From: Promethearchaeota archaeon
Lineage (GTDB): Archaea; Asgardarchaeota; Lokiarchaeia; Sigyniarchaeales; SOKP01
DNA: 64,000 nucleotides
Reading direction: 5' to 3'
Assembly: GCA_048940445.1 (NCBI GenBank)
Contig: JBHLON010000013.1
Location: 1 to 64,000, forward strand
Below, one piece after another: positions 39,586 through 49,351 of this stretch. Under the pieces are notes generated by a model that saw nothing but the letters and a program-made list of their open reading frames with translations, was not told the origin of the DNA and made no database searches. Positions within the stretch are counted from its first letter, which is position 1. Every line of letters starts with the position of its first letter. The translations under genes and the position numbers were made by a program.

Positions 39586-40855
39586 AATTTTCTTAAAAAG
39601 GTTATTTCAAGCTTATTATAAAAAATATAATACTCAAATTCCAGTTATTAGTTCTTTTAATCAACGTGAGTTTGGATTCATTCCTTGGGATAAAGAAATA
39701 ATGATCCGCCATGTTGGATTTGAATCTGAAGAATTTTTACGAAATTATTTAGAGAAAGAATCTCCTAGACATGTATTTTCAAGTGGTACTCTTTATTACA
39801 AACCTGATTTCCCTGAAATGGAGTTTAAGGGGTATAAAGGTTGTGATTTAATAATTGACATTGATGCTGACCATTTTTATACACCTTGTAAAAAAGATCA
39901 TGATATTTGGATTTGCAAAGAATGTGGTAAAATGGACAAAGGTACGAATGAAGATCACAAGTGTCCGGAATGTGGTTCAATAAAAATAAAGTCCTTAACA
40001 TGGATATGTGATTCTTGTCTAAATATAGCAAAAAATGAAATTACAAAATTAATCTATAACTTTTTAATTCCAGATTTTGGGGTTGATATTAAACAATTAA
40101 AAATTACATTCTCAGGTCATAGGGGATATCATTTAAAAATTGAAAGTGAGAGAATTAGAAGTCTTACAAGTGAAGAAAGGAGAGAAATTTCCGACTATCT
40201 TACAGGAAATAATATCTCATTTGAAATCTTAGGTTTAAACATTAGGAGTGGTAATATTTTTGGTTTTTCAAAAGAAAGTATTGGGTGGTCTCATAAAATT
40301 TTACTTGAATTTGAAAATCTATTATCAAAATCAGATATAGAGATTGAGCAATTTTTATCTAAAAATGAGTTTAATTCAAACCAAATTAAAAGTTTTTTAG
40401 AGTCAAAAGAATTGATCAGAAATAATATTCTATCTCGAGAAGGAAGAGTTTGGTCTATTGAAGGCTTTCATACTTTAGAACAGTGGACCAAATTTTTAAA
40501 AGGTATCATTAAAAATGTTGGAGTCCAAATTGATGAGCCAGTCACAATCGATACCCACCGGTTGATCAGATATCCGGGAACACTTCATGGGAAAACAGGA
40601 TTTCGAGTTCAAGAAATAGATTTAAACTATCTTAAGGATTTCAATCCCTTGAATGAACATAACGAGAATCTAGACCCAATTGTGTTTAAGGTAGATGAAA
40701 AAGTTACTCAGAAATTAGAGATCGTTGAAGAACTAGTACCTTTGACAGAAATAAAAGGAGAAAAATATGGACCCTATCAAAAAGGTGAAATTATAGATGT
40801 TCCACATCATATTGCTGTTTTTCTCTTATGTAAGGAAGTTGCGATAAAAATATAA
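39569..40855 (+). CDS. priS: DNA primase small subunit
   Basis: REFGF, DIDAD, FSGHRGYH, IDEPVT.D.HRLIR.PG.LHGKTG motifs. Confidence 0.95.
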   Translation: MNSKTKIFLKRLFQAYYKKYNTQIPVISSFNQREFGFIPWDKEIMIRHVGFESEEFLRNYLEKESPRHVFSSGTLYYKPDFPEMEFKGYKGCDLIIDIDADHFYTPCKKDHDIWICKECGKMDKGTNEDHKCPECGSIKIKSLTWICDSCLNIAKNEITKLIYNFLIPDFGVDIKQLKITFSGHRGYHLKIESERIRSLTSEERREISDYLTGNNISFEILGLNIRSGNIFGFSKESIGWSHKILLEFENLLSKSDIEIEQFLSKNEFNSNQIKSFLESKELIRNNILSREGRVWSIEGFHTLEQWTKFLKGIIKNVGVQIDEPVTIDTHRLIRYPGTLHGKTGFRVQEIDLNYLKDFNPLNEHNENLDPIVFKVDEKVTQKLEIVEELVPLTEIKGEKYGPYQKGEIIDVPHHIAVFLLCKEVAIKI

Positions 40856-40937
40856 AGTGAATATTTTTTATTAACCTGAGGCAAAATATTCTAATGTTTT
40901 AGATATTTATTATCTATATAATCAATATTCAAGAAAC

Positions 40938-41612
40938 ATGAATTTAAAACGGAACTATAGACAGCTTTATCAACATTGGCTTAAAGAATTTGAGGAGCCT
41001 GAGTTAACTATTTTAAACCAAGAAATTTTTAACAATTATAAAAAATTAATAACTAATATTTCTTCCTTTCAACTCAATAAGGCTGATAACATAAAATCAC
41101 AGCTTTTTAAAGATTATAAAGTAAATTTAGATTTTCTATTTAAAGATCTATTAAAAATTAGAGAAAAGAAAATTATAAATGCGGCTTTAGCAAATAAAGA
41201 TATCAATTTAGAACATGTACTAGAATCTGAGAAACTGCTATATCAAAACTTAATAAGCACGTTCAAGGGTTATAAAAAAGTAAAAAATCTTTACTTAAGT
41301 AAAGATTATATTAAATTACAACAAGAATCATTGGAAGAAGTGCTTGAAAGTAACTTGGTTGATGAAATTGACATAAAAGAAACAGAAAAAGTTGAACCTA
41401 ATGAAGTTTCTCCAAGTAGAATAGAAAAAATTGAAGAAGAAATTAATTATAATTATACTCTAATTAGGTTCCTTAAAAAAGCAGAAGCCTTAGTGGGGAT
41501 TGATCTTATAAATTATGGACCTTTTGAGAAGAATGACATTGCTAATTTACCCTATAAAAATGCTGTGATTCTTATTAATGAAAAACTAGCAGAAAAAATA
41601 GATGTTACCTAA
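40938..41612 (+). CDS. GINS subunit (Gins15/51 type)
   Basis: LLKIREKKI A-domain; GID..NYGPF...DIANLP..NA..LI B-domain; follows priS. Confidence 0.85.
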   Translation: MNLKRNYRQLYQHWLKEFEEPELTILNQEIFNNYKKLITNISSFQLNKADNIKSQLFKDYKVNLDFLFKDLLKIREKKIINAALANKDINLEHVLESEKLLYQNLISTFKGYKKVKNLYLSKDYIKLQQESLEEVLESNLVDEIDIKETEKVEPNEVSPSRIEKIEEEINYNYTLIRFLKKAEALVGIDLINYGPFEKNDIANLPYKNAVILINEKLAEKIDVT

Positions 41613-41806
41613 TCATTTTCGTACTTTTTCTTAAATTCCTCTTTAAAATATTCGATTCGATAAGTACCATACTTATCTGTTAATGAAAATTTAGCAGGAT
41701 GAGGATTTATCAGTTCTCCTCCACAATACTTACATTTAGATTCTGGATTGTGAAGGTTGTATCTATTACATTCTTTGCATTTTTTAAGATATTTCGTCAT
41801 TTTCAA
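41609..41806 (-). CDS. nop10: H/ACA RNP protein Nop10
   Basis: KC..C..Y.L..C..CGG...PHPAKFS..DKYG.YR. Confidence 0.93.
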   Translation of the reverse strand: MKMTKYLKKCKECNRYNLHNPESKCKYCGGELINPHPAKFSLTDKYGTYRIEYFKEEFKKKYEND

Positions 41807-41817
41807 TTCGGGAATAC

Positions 41818-42642
41818 TTAATCTCTAATGAATTCAAAAGAGGTATTTGTATTTTTTGATCTTGCTTCTAAAATTTCAATAGCATCGGAAAGAATATTTT
41901 CAGCATCAAGATAATCTTTAGAGACTATTTCTAGTCTATAGAAAGGGGCTCCTACATAGGATAAACCTAACTTTCTCGTATCTTTAGGATTTTCTACAAT
42001 CTTTTTTATTTCTAATAATGCTTCTTTGACTTTCTCAATTCCATCTCCATCGGTGTTCATTAACTTTATTTTACCGATTATATTGACTGTAGAAATTTCA
42101 ACATTTTCATCAACAATTTTTTGAAACGCATTTTTTATATTATCAGGAACATTTTCCAAACTACTCATCACTTCCTCTCCATTTTCTTTTAATGCTTCAA
42201 CTGTTTCTTGAAAATCATTATATTGATCTATAAGTGGCCATCCAACCTTCTCATAGGCTTCATCCAAGTTAAGGTCCACATCATCATTTTCAGTTAAAAT
42301 CTGTAAGAGATTGTCAAATTTTATTTTATACTTAAATTCCTTTTTCTTTTTTGAACGTTGTGCAGAATTTACTCTCCTTAATGAGCAATCAATATGACCT
42401 TTAGTTGGATCTACCCTTAAAACTCTTGCAACAACAATCTGATTAATTCTAACAAACTTTCTTATGTTTTTTATCCACCTACTTGATACTTCACTTATAT
42501 GTACTAAACCTCTTGCATTGTCTTCTGAAGGAAGCCCCTCATATTCTAATAAATCTATGTATACATATTGATCTTCAATATGATTAACTCTCCCAATTAT
42601 AAATTCTCCTTCATTTGGAAATAATGACCTACTTCTAACCAT
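41818..42642 (-). CDS. eif2a: Translation initiation factor 2 alpha
   Basis: S1 domain HISEVSSRWIKNIR, KGHID.SLRRV and GAP.YR motifs. Confidence 0.96.
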   Translation of the reverse strand: MVRSRSLFPNEGEFIIGRVNHIEDQYVYIDLLEYEGLPSEDNARGLVHISEVSSRWIKNIRKFVRINQIVVARVLRVDPTKGHIDCSLRRVNSAQRSKKKKEFKYKIKFDNLLQILTENDDVDLNLDEAYEKVGWPLIDQYNDFQETVEALKENGEEVMSSLENVPDNIKNAFQKIVDENVEISTVNIIGKIKLMNTDGDGIEKVKEALLEIKKIVENPKDTRKLGLSYVGAPFYRLEIVSKDYLDAENILSDAIEILEARSKNTNTSFEFIRD

Positions 42643-43178
42643 AATTCTTATTAAAAACTTCTTTTTTTAATATAGTTACTGCAATGAACAATCCATATTT
42701 CTTTATTTTTATTATCTTTGAATCTTAAGATTTATTTTTAGTGTTAATTTCTGGACAAATATATTAGAATCTTCTTCAAAAGTGTCACCATTATACTAAA
42801 CTCAGTCCTTCATAATAAATGAACTGATAAGGCAAGAGTTATAACTCTTTGAATAGAAATTTTGATAATGATAGTGAACAAATCTTTAGATGGAAACTTA
42901 TAGACTTATTTAATGAAGAAAGTAATATCTTAATATAATTAAAGCCCTATTCCATTGCGAGTTCAATTGATTGAAAGAGGTATTCTTAATATCCCCTCGT
43001 AGAATCTAAAACTCTAACCAAAATTTATATAGAACTGGTAGTTTTGATTCCTAGAAAATTTCAAAACTAATATATTAAATTCCAATTAAAGTAAAAAAAG
43101 TAAAAGAAATTAGAAAAATTCCTTATCTACTTTTTCATAGTTTTAAGTTCGTAAATTTTTTCGTTGGTAAATATTTAT

Positions 43179-43295
43179 TTATGACGATGCCGCCAAAAAG
43201 ATTAAAACTATAAATATCGCAATCGTTATGATAACTATACTACATAACTCAAGCAAGCATGCTGTATCAAAGAATTTTTGGTCCTTTAATCGCAT
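43179..43295 (-). CDS. 38-aa single-pass membrane microprotein, not in track
   Basis: SD AGGTGG 5 nt before ATG; MRLKDQKFFDTACLLELCSIVIITIAIFIVLIFLAASS*. Confidence 0.6.
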   Translation of the reverse strand: MRLKDQKFFDTACLLELCSIVIITIAIFIVLIFLAASS

Positions 43296-44130
43296 TTTTT
43301 CCACCTATTTAATTGTTAATTTTAAATTATGTTTGAACGTTTTTTAAAATTTCAATAAAAATAACAATCAAAAAATTAAGAAATAATCCTTGAAATTTTT
43401 AGAGAATCGAAAGAATCAATTATAAAAAAAAGAAAAAACTTCGAAACAACCAAAAATCAGATAATTTCGCCCCAATTAAAGGAAAATTCGGACTTGGATA
43501 TGGAGATCAAGTGATAATTCTACAAAATTATTTGATTATTTTTAATTTTTTACTTTTCTCAATTTTAATTTCATTTCTAATCTTTTTAACATATACTGAT
43601 CTTTCAATACAAGATTGTAGAAAATCATCACAACAACTCCAACTAGAGCACTTTTCCTCATTATAATTTAATGTCAAAATTAGTTTTTTATTTTATTTGT
43701 GAATTATGTTTTAAATCTATTTTCATTCATAAATGGATTAAATAGGTATAATAAAGTAGTGTTTATGAAAGTTAAAATCTTCAGCCAGAACTTCAAAATT
43801 AATATAAAAAAAGTATTTGATAGATTTATAAAAAATATGATTTTAATAAAATAAGCATATTCTTAGAGACTTATCTATAGCATTTCTTCCATTATCTTTT
43901 TTCAATACACTTCTTTTCTTGATTATTAGGGTATATATGACGCCAACGGTGTTGAAGGTGATATTAAATTTCAATCTTCAATAAAATTGCTTTTAGAAAA
44001 AATATAGGATAGTATAATTCTTAAAAATGAAATTTTTGTTAACAATAAGCTATCAACGGATAGTTATGATAAGATTTATTTTCCGCGCTAATTTTTAAAC
44101 AAATATATTTTCACCAATGAGGTAATCATT

Positions 44131-44583
44131 ATGCCCAATTGGGTCATTCATAATAAATGGACCGATAAGGTAGGGATAGACCGCTTAATCGCTAATTTCG
44201 TAGATAGAAATATTGATTATGGTACAGAATGGGCTTTTGATTGCAAAATTAAAAAACTCTTTAACGATGATGATACTATTATCTTAAGACAATTAAAATT
44301 TTTCCATTATAAAGATTTAGAAAAGAAGTATAGCAAAGAAAATCTGTACATAAAAGCATTTTATCTACACCACCTATTAGATTTTTTCATGGAAACCCGT
44401 ATAAATATTTATGACATCCAACGAGTATTTCAAGAATTTCTAGAGAGAAAAGTTGTCATTGAATTCACAGATATAAATGAAAAAACAATTAATTTTCAAA
44501 AAGAACTTAATGAGATTTTCGATTTATTGATGAAAAACAAGGAAGAACTGTTCATAGACCTTAGAGGAAATTCCAAAAAGTAA
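44131..44583 (+). CDS. Hypothetical protein, possible His/Asp metal site
   Basis: MPNW.IH.KW and LHH.LD motifs; SD GAGGT. Confidence 0.7.
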   Translation: MPNWVIHNKWTDKVGIDRLIANFVDRNIDYGTEWAFDCKIKKLFNDDDTIILRQLKFFHYKDLEKKYSKENLYIKAFYLHHLLDFFMETRINIYDIQRVFQEFLERKVVIEFTDINEKTINFQKELNEIFDLLMKNKEELFIDLRGNSKK

Positions 44584-44780
44584 TTGAATAAAAAATACCT
44601 AATTACATACCAACTAAAAAGTTAAACCATAGTAATTCTCCTAAAATCTTCACTTAAAGTTATAGTAAAAAATATATATTGGATATCATTAAAGTAGTTA
44701 TCATTTAATCTAAAATGGTTAATATTTGAATCTATTCAAAATTAATTTAATTAATAAAAATATTAGGTAATTGATGAAAA

Positions 44781-46085
44781 ATGTCTTCAAAACAAAAACA
44801 ACACTTAAATTTGGTTATTATTGGGCACATAGATCACGGCAAATCGACAATGATGGGCGCCCTTTTAATAGAAACAGGAGCAGTAACTGATAGGGAAGCT
44901 CGTGAATTAGAAAAATTAGCTAAAGAATATGATCGAGATTCCTGGTCCTATGCATTTGTCTTTGACAAATTAAAAGAAGAACGCCAAAGAGGTATTACAA
45001 TCGATTTAGCTTTCAGAAAATTTGAGACTCCTAACAAATATTTCACCATTATTGATGCACCTGGTCATGCTGACTTCGTAAAGAATATGATCACAGGCGC
45101 CTCACAAGCTGATGCTGCCATTTTGGTTGTATCTGGTAAAAAAGGTGAAATGGAAGTTGGAATTGCTGCTAATGGTCAAACAAGAGAGCATGCCTACTTA
45201 GCTCAAACCCTCGGAGTAAAACAAATAGTAGTTGCAATCAACAAAGCAGATAACTATAATTATAGTGAAGAACGCTTTAATGAATGTAAGGAAGCCGTTT
45301 CTGATCTCTTAAAAAACATAGGGTTCCCTGTTAAAAAGATTCCATTTGTCCCTGTTTCAGGATTAATGATGGAAAATCTTTCAAAGAAAAGCGATAAAAT
45401 GCCTTGGTATGACGGACCTACTTTGATTGACGCAATTGATAAATTTGAAATACCACCGAAACCAACTGACAAGCCATTACGACTCCCAATTCAAGATGCA
45501 TATCGAATTAAAGGAACTGGTGTTGTTCCAGTTGGTAGAGTCGAAACTGGAGTACTTAAGAAAGGTGACAAAATCATAATTATGCCAACAGAGTTTAAAG
45601 GAGAAATACGAAGCATTGAAATGCACCATGAAGAAATTCCACAAGCTGAACCAGGTGATAATGTAGGATTCAGTATTCGAGGCCTAGAAATGAAAGATGT
45701 GGGAAGAGGAGATTGTCTTGGGCATCCTAATAATCCACCTAATGTTATATTCCCAAATGGTAACTGGACAGGGCAAATCATAGTTATTTGGCATCCAACC
45801 GCTATTGCTCAAGGTTATACTCCAGTAGTTCATGCTCACACAGCTCAAGTAGCAGCAAAGTTCATAGAAATCAGTAAAAAACTCGATCAAAAAACTGGCG
45901 CCGTCATCGAAGATTCACCTAAATTTATTAAAAGAAACGAGGCAGCGATCATTAAATTACAGCCCATAAAAAAGATGTGTTTAGAGAAATATGACCAATT
46001 TGCAGAACTTGGGCGATTTGCTGTAAGGGATATGGGTAGAACGATCGCAGTCGGTATTGTAAAAGATATTGAGACAGGATCTTAA
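44781..46085 (+). CDS. tuf: Elongation factor 1-alpha
   Basis: GHIDHGKST, RGITID, DAPGH and LGRFAVRDMG motifs. Confidence 0.99.
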   Translation: MSSKQKQHLNLVIIGHIDHGKSTMMGALLIETGAVTDREARELEKLAKEYDRDSWSYAFVFDKLKEERQRGITIDLAFRKFETPNKYFTIIDAPGHADFVKNMITGASQADAAILVVSGKKGEMEVGIAANGQTREHAYLAQTLGVKQIVVAINKADNYNYSEERFNECKEAVSDLLKNIGFPVKKIPFVPVSGLMMENLSKKSDKMPWYDGPTLIDAIDKFEIPPKPTDKPLRLPIQDAYRIKGTGVVPVGRVETGVLKKGDKIIIMPTEFKGEIRSIEMHHEEIPQAEPGDNVGFSIRGLEMKDVGRGDCLGHPNNPPNVIFPNGNWTGQIIVIWHPTAIAQGYTPVVHAHTAQVAAKFIEISKKLDQKTGAVIEDSPKFIKRNEAAIIKLQPIKKMCLEKYDQFAELGRFAVRDMGRTIAVGIVKDIETGS

Positions 46086-46356
46086 AGCTATAATTCATTC
46101 TGTTTTTTTCTTAAATTTTTAATATTAAATATTTTTTAATTCACTATTTCTATGAGTATTTTATTGATTTATTATTCAATTTTCCGTTTTTTAAGATAGA
46201 TAGATAATTAATCAGATTCAACAAAACACTAATTATAGCTTAAGAACAATTTATTTATGAAATAAAATAAAAAGAATTAAATAATTAATGATTAGAGTAT
46301 CAATCAATACAATAAAAATTTAATATATAGAACTTTAAGTTAATAAAGTGGTATAA

Positions 46357-46515
46357 ATGGTTAATTGCTCAACTTTAGAAGAAGGAGATACCCTTGTTTG
46401 TGAGAATTGTGGACTTGAAATGAAGGTTACAAAAACATGTAGTTGTGGAGAAGAAGAGGGCGCTTGTACTGATATGGGATTTACATGCTGTGGAATTCCA
46501 TTAAGTAAAAAATAA
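46357..46515 (+). CDS. 52-aa Cys-rich desulforedoxin-like metal-binding protein, not in track
   Basis: MVNCSTLEEGDTLVCENCGLEMKVTKTCSCGEEEGACTDMGFTCCGIPLSKK*; CxxCG...CCG.P. T-rich tract follows. Confidence 0.8.
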   Translation: MVNCSTLEEGDTLVCENCGLEMKVTKTCSCGEEEGACTDMGFTCCGIPLSKK

Positions 46516-46573
46516 TGAATTGATTTTTTTTATTCTTTTTATTGCATAATCTTGAAAAATTTAAATCTCAACT

Positions 46574-46819
46574 TTATTTGAAATATTTTTTAAGAAATCT
46601 TGTAACATCTTGTAAAACTGATTTTTCAAGCACCCTAAGTAAATCTAAGGAACCTAATCCTCCGTCCGCGAGAACTAAATGCAATTCAGCTGAATTCTTA
46701 GCATACTTGTTAAAAATTAAAAAAAATTTAAAGTCTGGGATAAAATAGTCTTCGAAGGCCTTAACTAATTGCTTATAAACATTATTTTGAAAAGAAAGCT
46801 TTTCTATTCTACGTTCTAT
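46574..46819 (-). CDS. Possible ~81-aa hypothetical protein (ATA start) or gene remnant
   Basis: More than 85 stop-free codons in AT-rich DNA (IERRIEKLSFQ...LKKYFK*); no canonical start near the 5' end. Confidence 0.35.
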   Translation of the reverse strand: MERRIEKLSFQNNVYKQLVKAFEDYFIPDFKFFLIFNKYAKNSAELHLVLADGGLGSLDLLRVLEKSVLQDVTRFLKKYFK

Positions 46820-46943
46820 TCCTTTATTAAGGCATTAGAAAACTAAGAAATGTAATATTTTAACTGAAATTCACATGTTATGCGAATATCATTTTAATTT
46901 TTGAATTGAGGTTTATCCTTTCTATTTAAAGCAAATTAAGTAG

Positions 46944-47435
46944 AAAGGGTCGGTTAAGTTTTTTACAACTAAATCAAAAATTTGTATTGTTGGTGAAGGG
47001 GGTGTGGGAAAAACCTCTTTACTATCCTTATTACATGGAAAGGAAGTTCCAAAGAAACGTGTTCCAACCGTTGGATTAGAAGTAGAGGAATCTATATTAA
47101 ACGGAAAAAAGGTAAGCATTTGGGATTTAGGGGGTCAAGAACGGTTTAAATTCATGTGGAAAGATTTCCTACGGGGTGCAGGCTTAGCTGTGCTGGTGTG
47201 TGATTCTACAGAGAGCGGGGTAAGGAAAACTAAGGAAATTTATGATAGATTCGAGCGGAATTTGGGTACAAAAATCATTGCTATAGCGAACAAGCAGGAC
47301 TTACAAGGGGCGCTGAGTGCACAGGAAGTTCAAAAGAGGTTAGGCGGGTTAAAAACGTATGGAATGACTGCTATTCGTCCTGAGTTACGGCAAAGAATGA
47401 AGGACATATTAGAATATGAAGTCGCTACGTTTTAA
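46944..47435 (+). CDS. Arf/Arl-like small GTPase; true start uncertain, upstream of 47004
   Basis: KSKICIVGEGGVGKT, PTVG, IWDLGGQERFK.MW and NKQDL motifs. The track start falls inside the P-loop. Confidence 0.85.
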   Translation, partial: KGSVKFFTTKSKICIVGEGGVGKTSLLSLLHGKEVPKKRVPTVGLEVEESILNGKKVSIWDLGGQERFKFMWKDFLRGAGLAVLVCDSTESGVRKTKEIYDRFERNLGTKIIAIANKQDLQGALSAQEVQKRLGGLKTYGMTAIRPELRQRMKDILEYEVATF

Positions 47436-47992
47436 AACGCCTTCCCAATTAGATGAGCAATTCTTACGGGTTCAGGCATTTTTGAATCAATCCATAATTT
47501 CTTTAATAAATCATTCGCCTCATCAAAAGTTACTCCTTTTAAATGTAGATATATTTTTGAACTACCACCAGCTGTTTCTACTGAAGTCTCATATAGATCT
47601 CCTGCATTTATAATGTATTGGAGTTTCTTTTTATACCCTTTTGGAAATTTATTGATTAAGGCTACTTTAACCGAATCAAGATCAACTCCTCGTTCTGTTA
47701 CTGCTATGATAGGCTTTTTTAATCTAGCATAAATTTCTTCTAAATCGATAATATTAAATCCACCAAATGTTATCGTGTCTGTAAGAATATACTGAATATG
47801 TTTTTCGTTTTGCTTAGCAAGTGTAATTAACGCATTAGTAGCATCTTCTCCATCGATAGAAATCGGACTCATTATCACTCTAACTAGCCTAATACCTTGA
47901 CAAACTGCTCCAATCAATTGAGTTGTATTTAAATTTGATTTCAATTCGAATTTAGCATCATCAAATCCAATTGTAATGGGAAATTCTTTCAT
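47432..47992 (-). CDS. DUF99 family (endonuclease V-like) protein
   Basis: IGFDD, DGEDAT, ITFGGFNIID and PEPVRIAHLI motifs. Confidence 0.9.
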   Translation of the reverse strand: MKEFPITIGFDDAKFELKSNLNTTQLIGAVCQGIRLVRVIMSPISIDGEDATNALITLAKQNEKHIQYILTDTITFGGFNIIDLEEIYARLKKPIIAVTERGVDLDSVKVALINKFPKGYKKKLQYIINAGDLYETSVETAGGSSKIYLHLKGVTFDEANDLLKKLWIDSKMPEPVRIAHLIGKAF

Positions 47993-48447
47993 AATTTAGG
48001 TTTGGGGAGATATATTTTTATTGATTCTAGCAATTGTGTAAATGCAATAGTTGCATTTTGGATTTCTTCTGCTCTAACATTAAGATTACCAGAAAAATTT
48101 TCTACCATGATCCTAATCATGGCATCCATATTCATATTCCCTGAAAGCCAAATATAAGCAATTAATGCTTCAGCTGTATCAGCTAAGTCATGAGCATCAG
48201 CTCTAGTTTTTGCATATGGCTTCAGTTTAGCGTCCTTTAAGGCAACAGATAAAATCATTTTACTTACTTTTTTACCAGTTCTAATTATTTTATTGTTAGA
48301 ACTATTTTTCGTTAAATAGATAGACTTAGCTACCGAATATACAAAATTTACAATGCTATCTCCAATTTTTGCTAATCCTTTATCTGTACCTATTACTTTT
48401 TGAGATAGTTTAGAAGTTAAATCTTTTATTAAAATATTGTAGGACAT
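47989..48447 (-). CDS. Archaeal RNase III-like protein
   Basis: DKGLAKIGDSIVNFVYSVA and ADTAEALIAY.WL motifs; rpo11-DUF99 synteny. Confidence 0.8.
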   Translation of the reverse strand: MSYNILIKDLTSKLSQKVIGTDKGLAKIGDSIVNFVYSVAKSIYLTKNSSNNKIIRTGKKVSKMILSVALKDAKLKPYAKTRADAHDLADTAEALIAYIWLSGNMNMDAMIRIMVENFSGNLNVRAEEIQNATIAFTQLLESIKIYLPKPKL

Positions 48448-48497
48448 TAATAGTAGTTGAGATTCAAACTCTTATAAATTTTATAGAAAATCAGAAC

Positions 48498-48983
48498 TTA
48501 TTTTATAAGTGTTTTAAAAGCTTTTTCAACTTCATCCAATTCATTCTTTAGGGATTGTATAGCCTTCTGTAATATATTTTTTATTTTATAACCTTTTTCC
48601 AATCGGACAAACACCTCAGGGGGATCAATCCGAGTAACTTTATAAGCTGCTGAATTTACTCCTTCTGTACTGAGAAGATGTTTAACTAAAATATTTAAAA
48701 ATCCATGTGATTGGCCTTCTACGCTCAATCGATAATCATTTTCTTGTTCTGTCTTATGAATAGCTAGATTTAAATATTTATATTCCGGTGGTTTAGGAAT
48801 TTCTTCCATTTCATACTCAAGTTCTTCTTCTAATACTTCTTCATCTTCAGTATCTCTTTGTAATTCGTCTAGTTGTGTATCTTTTGATTTCTTTAAGGTT
48901 GGATATACAGTCTCAATATCATCAAGAAAATCATCATCTAATCCTTCAAGATCATCTTCCTTCTTAGGTTTTTTTTTTGCCAT
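48498..48983 (-). CDS. rpo11: RNA polymerase subunit Rpo11 (L) with acidic N-terminal extension
   Basis: EGQSHGFLNIL..L..GV..AAY motif; lies downstream of csl4. Confidence 0.85.
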   Translation of the reverse strand: MAKKKPKKEDDLEGLDDDFLDDIETVYPTLKKSKDTQLDELQRDTEDEEVLEEELEYEMEEIPKPPEYKYLNLAIHKTEQENDYRLSVEGQSHGFLNILVKHLLSTEGVNSAAYKVTRIDPPEVFVRLEKGYKIKNILQKAIQSLKNELDEVEKAFKTLIK

Positions 48984-49081
48984 CCTAATTACACCATAAC
49001 CATCAAATCTATTATTTCAAATGTAGAATAAAATAAATTTTTTTTGTTTTGCCTAAAACCAGAAATTTTGTAGATTCACTT

Positions 49082-49306
49082 CTATGATAAAAATTGATTA
49101 GCTAATTCCCTTAATCTTTCAATTGCTAGATATTGAAGATCTTTTGGACCATACAAAGTGACTTTTATTTCTTTTCCTTCCACTTCACAATTTAAATTAA
49201 GATAATTAACTTTTTTTTGAATATTTTCAAGAAATTTTATAGCATTATCTATCTTTCCACTTTGGTTATAAAAATGAATTACTCTTCTTCCTCCATGTTT
49301 TACCAA
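49082..49306 (-). CDS. Small conserved protein between csl4 and rpo11 (DUF2067-like)
   Basis: 74 aa; SD GGAG then TTG; conserved position; IKVTLYG motif. Confidence 0.6.
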   Translation of the reverse strand: MVKHGGRRVIHFYNQSGKIDNAIKFLENIQKKVNYLNLNCEVEGKEIKVTLYGPKDLQYLAIERLRELANQFLS

Positions 49307-49351
49307 AGTTCATCTCCTTTACCTTTTTTCAATATAATTAAGAAACAATAA

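Noticed and set aside
45260-45890. Antisense ORFs in tuf
   Set aside because: Codon-bias shadows.
46542-46748. 68-aa plus-strand ORF
   Set aside because: No motif or SD; the opposite-strand frame is longer and more protein-like.
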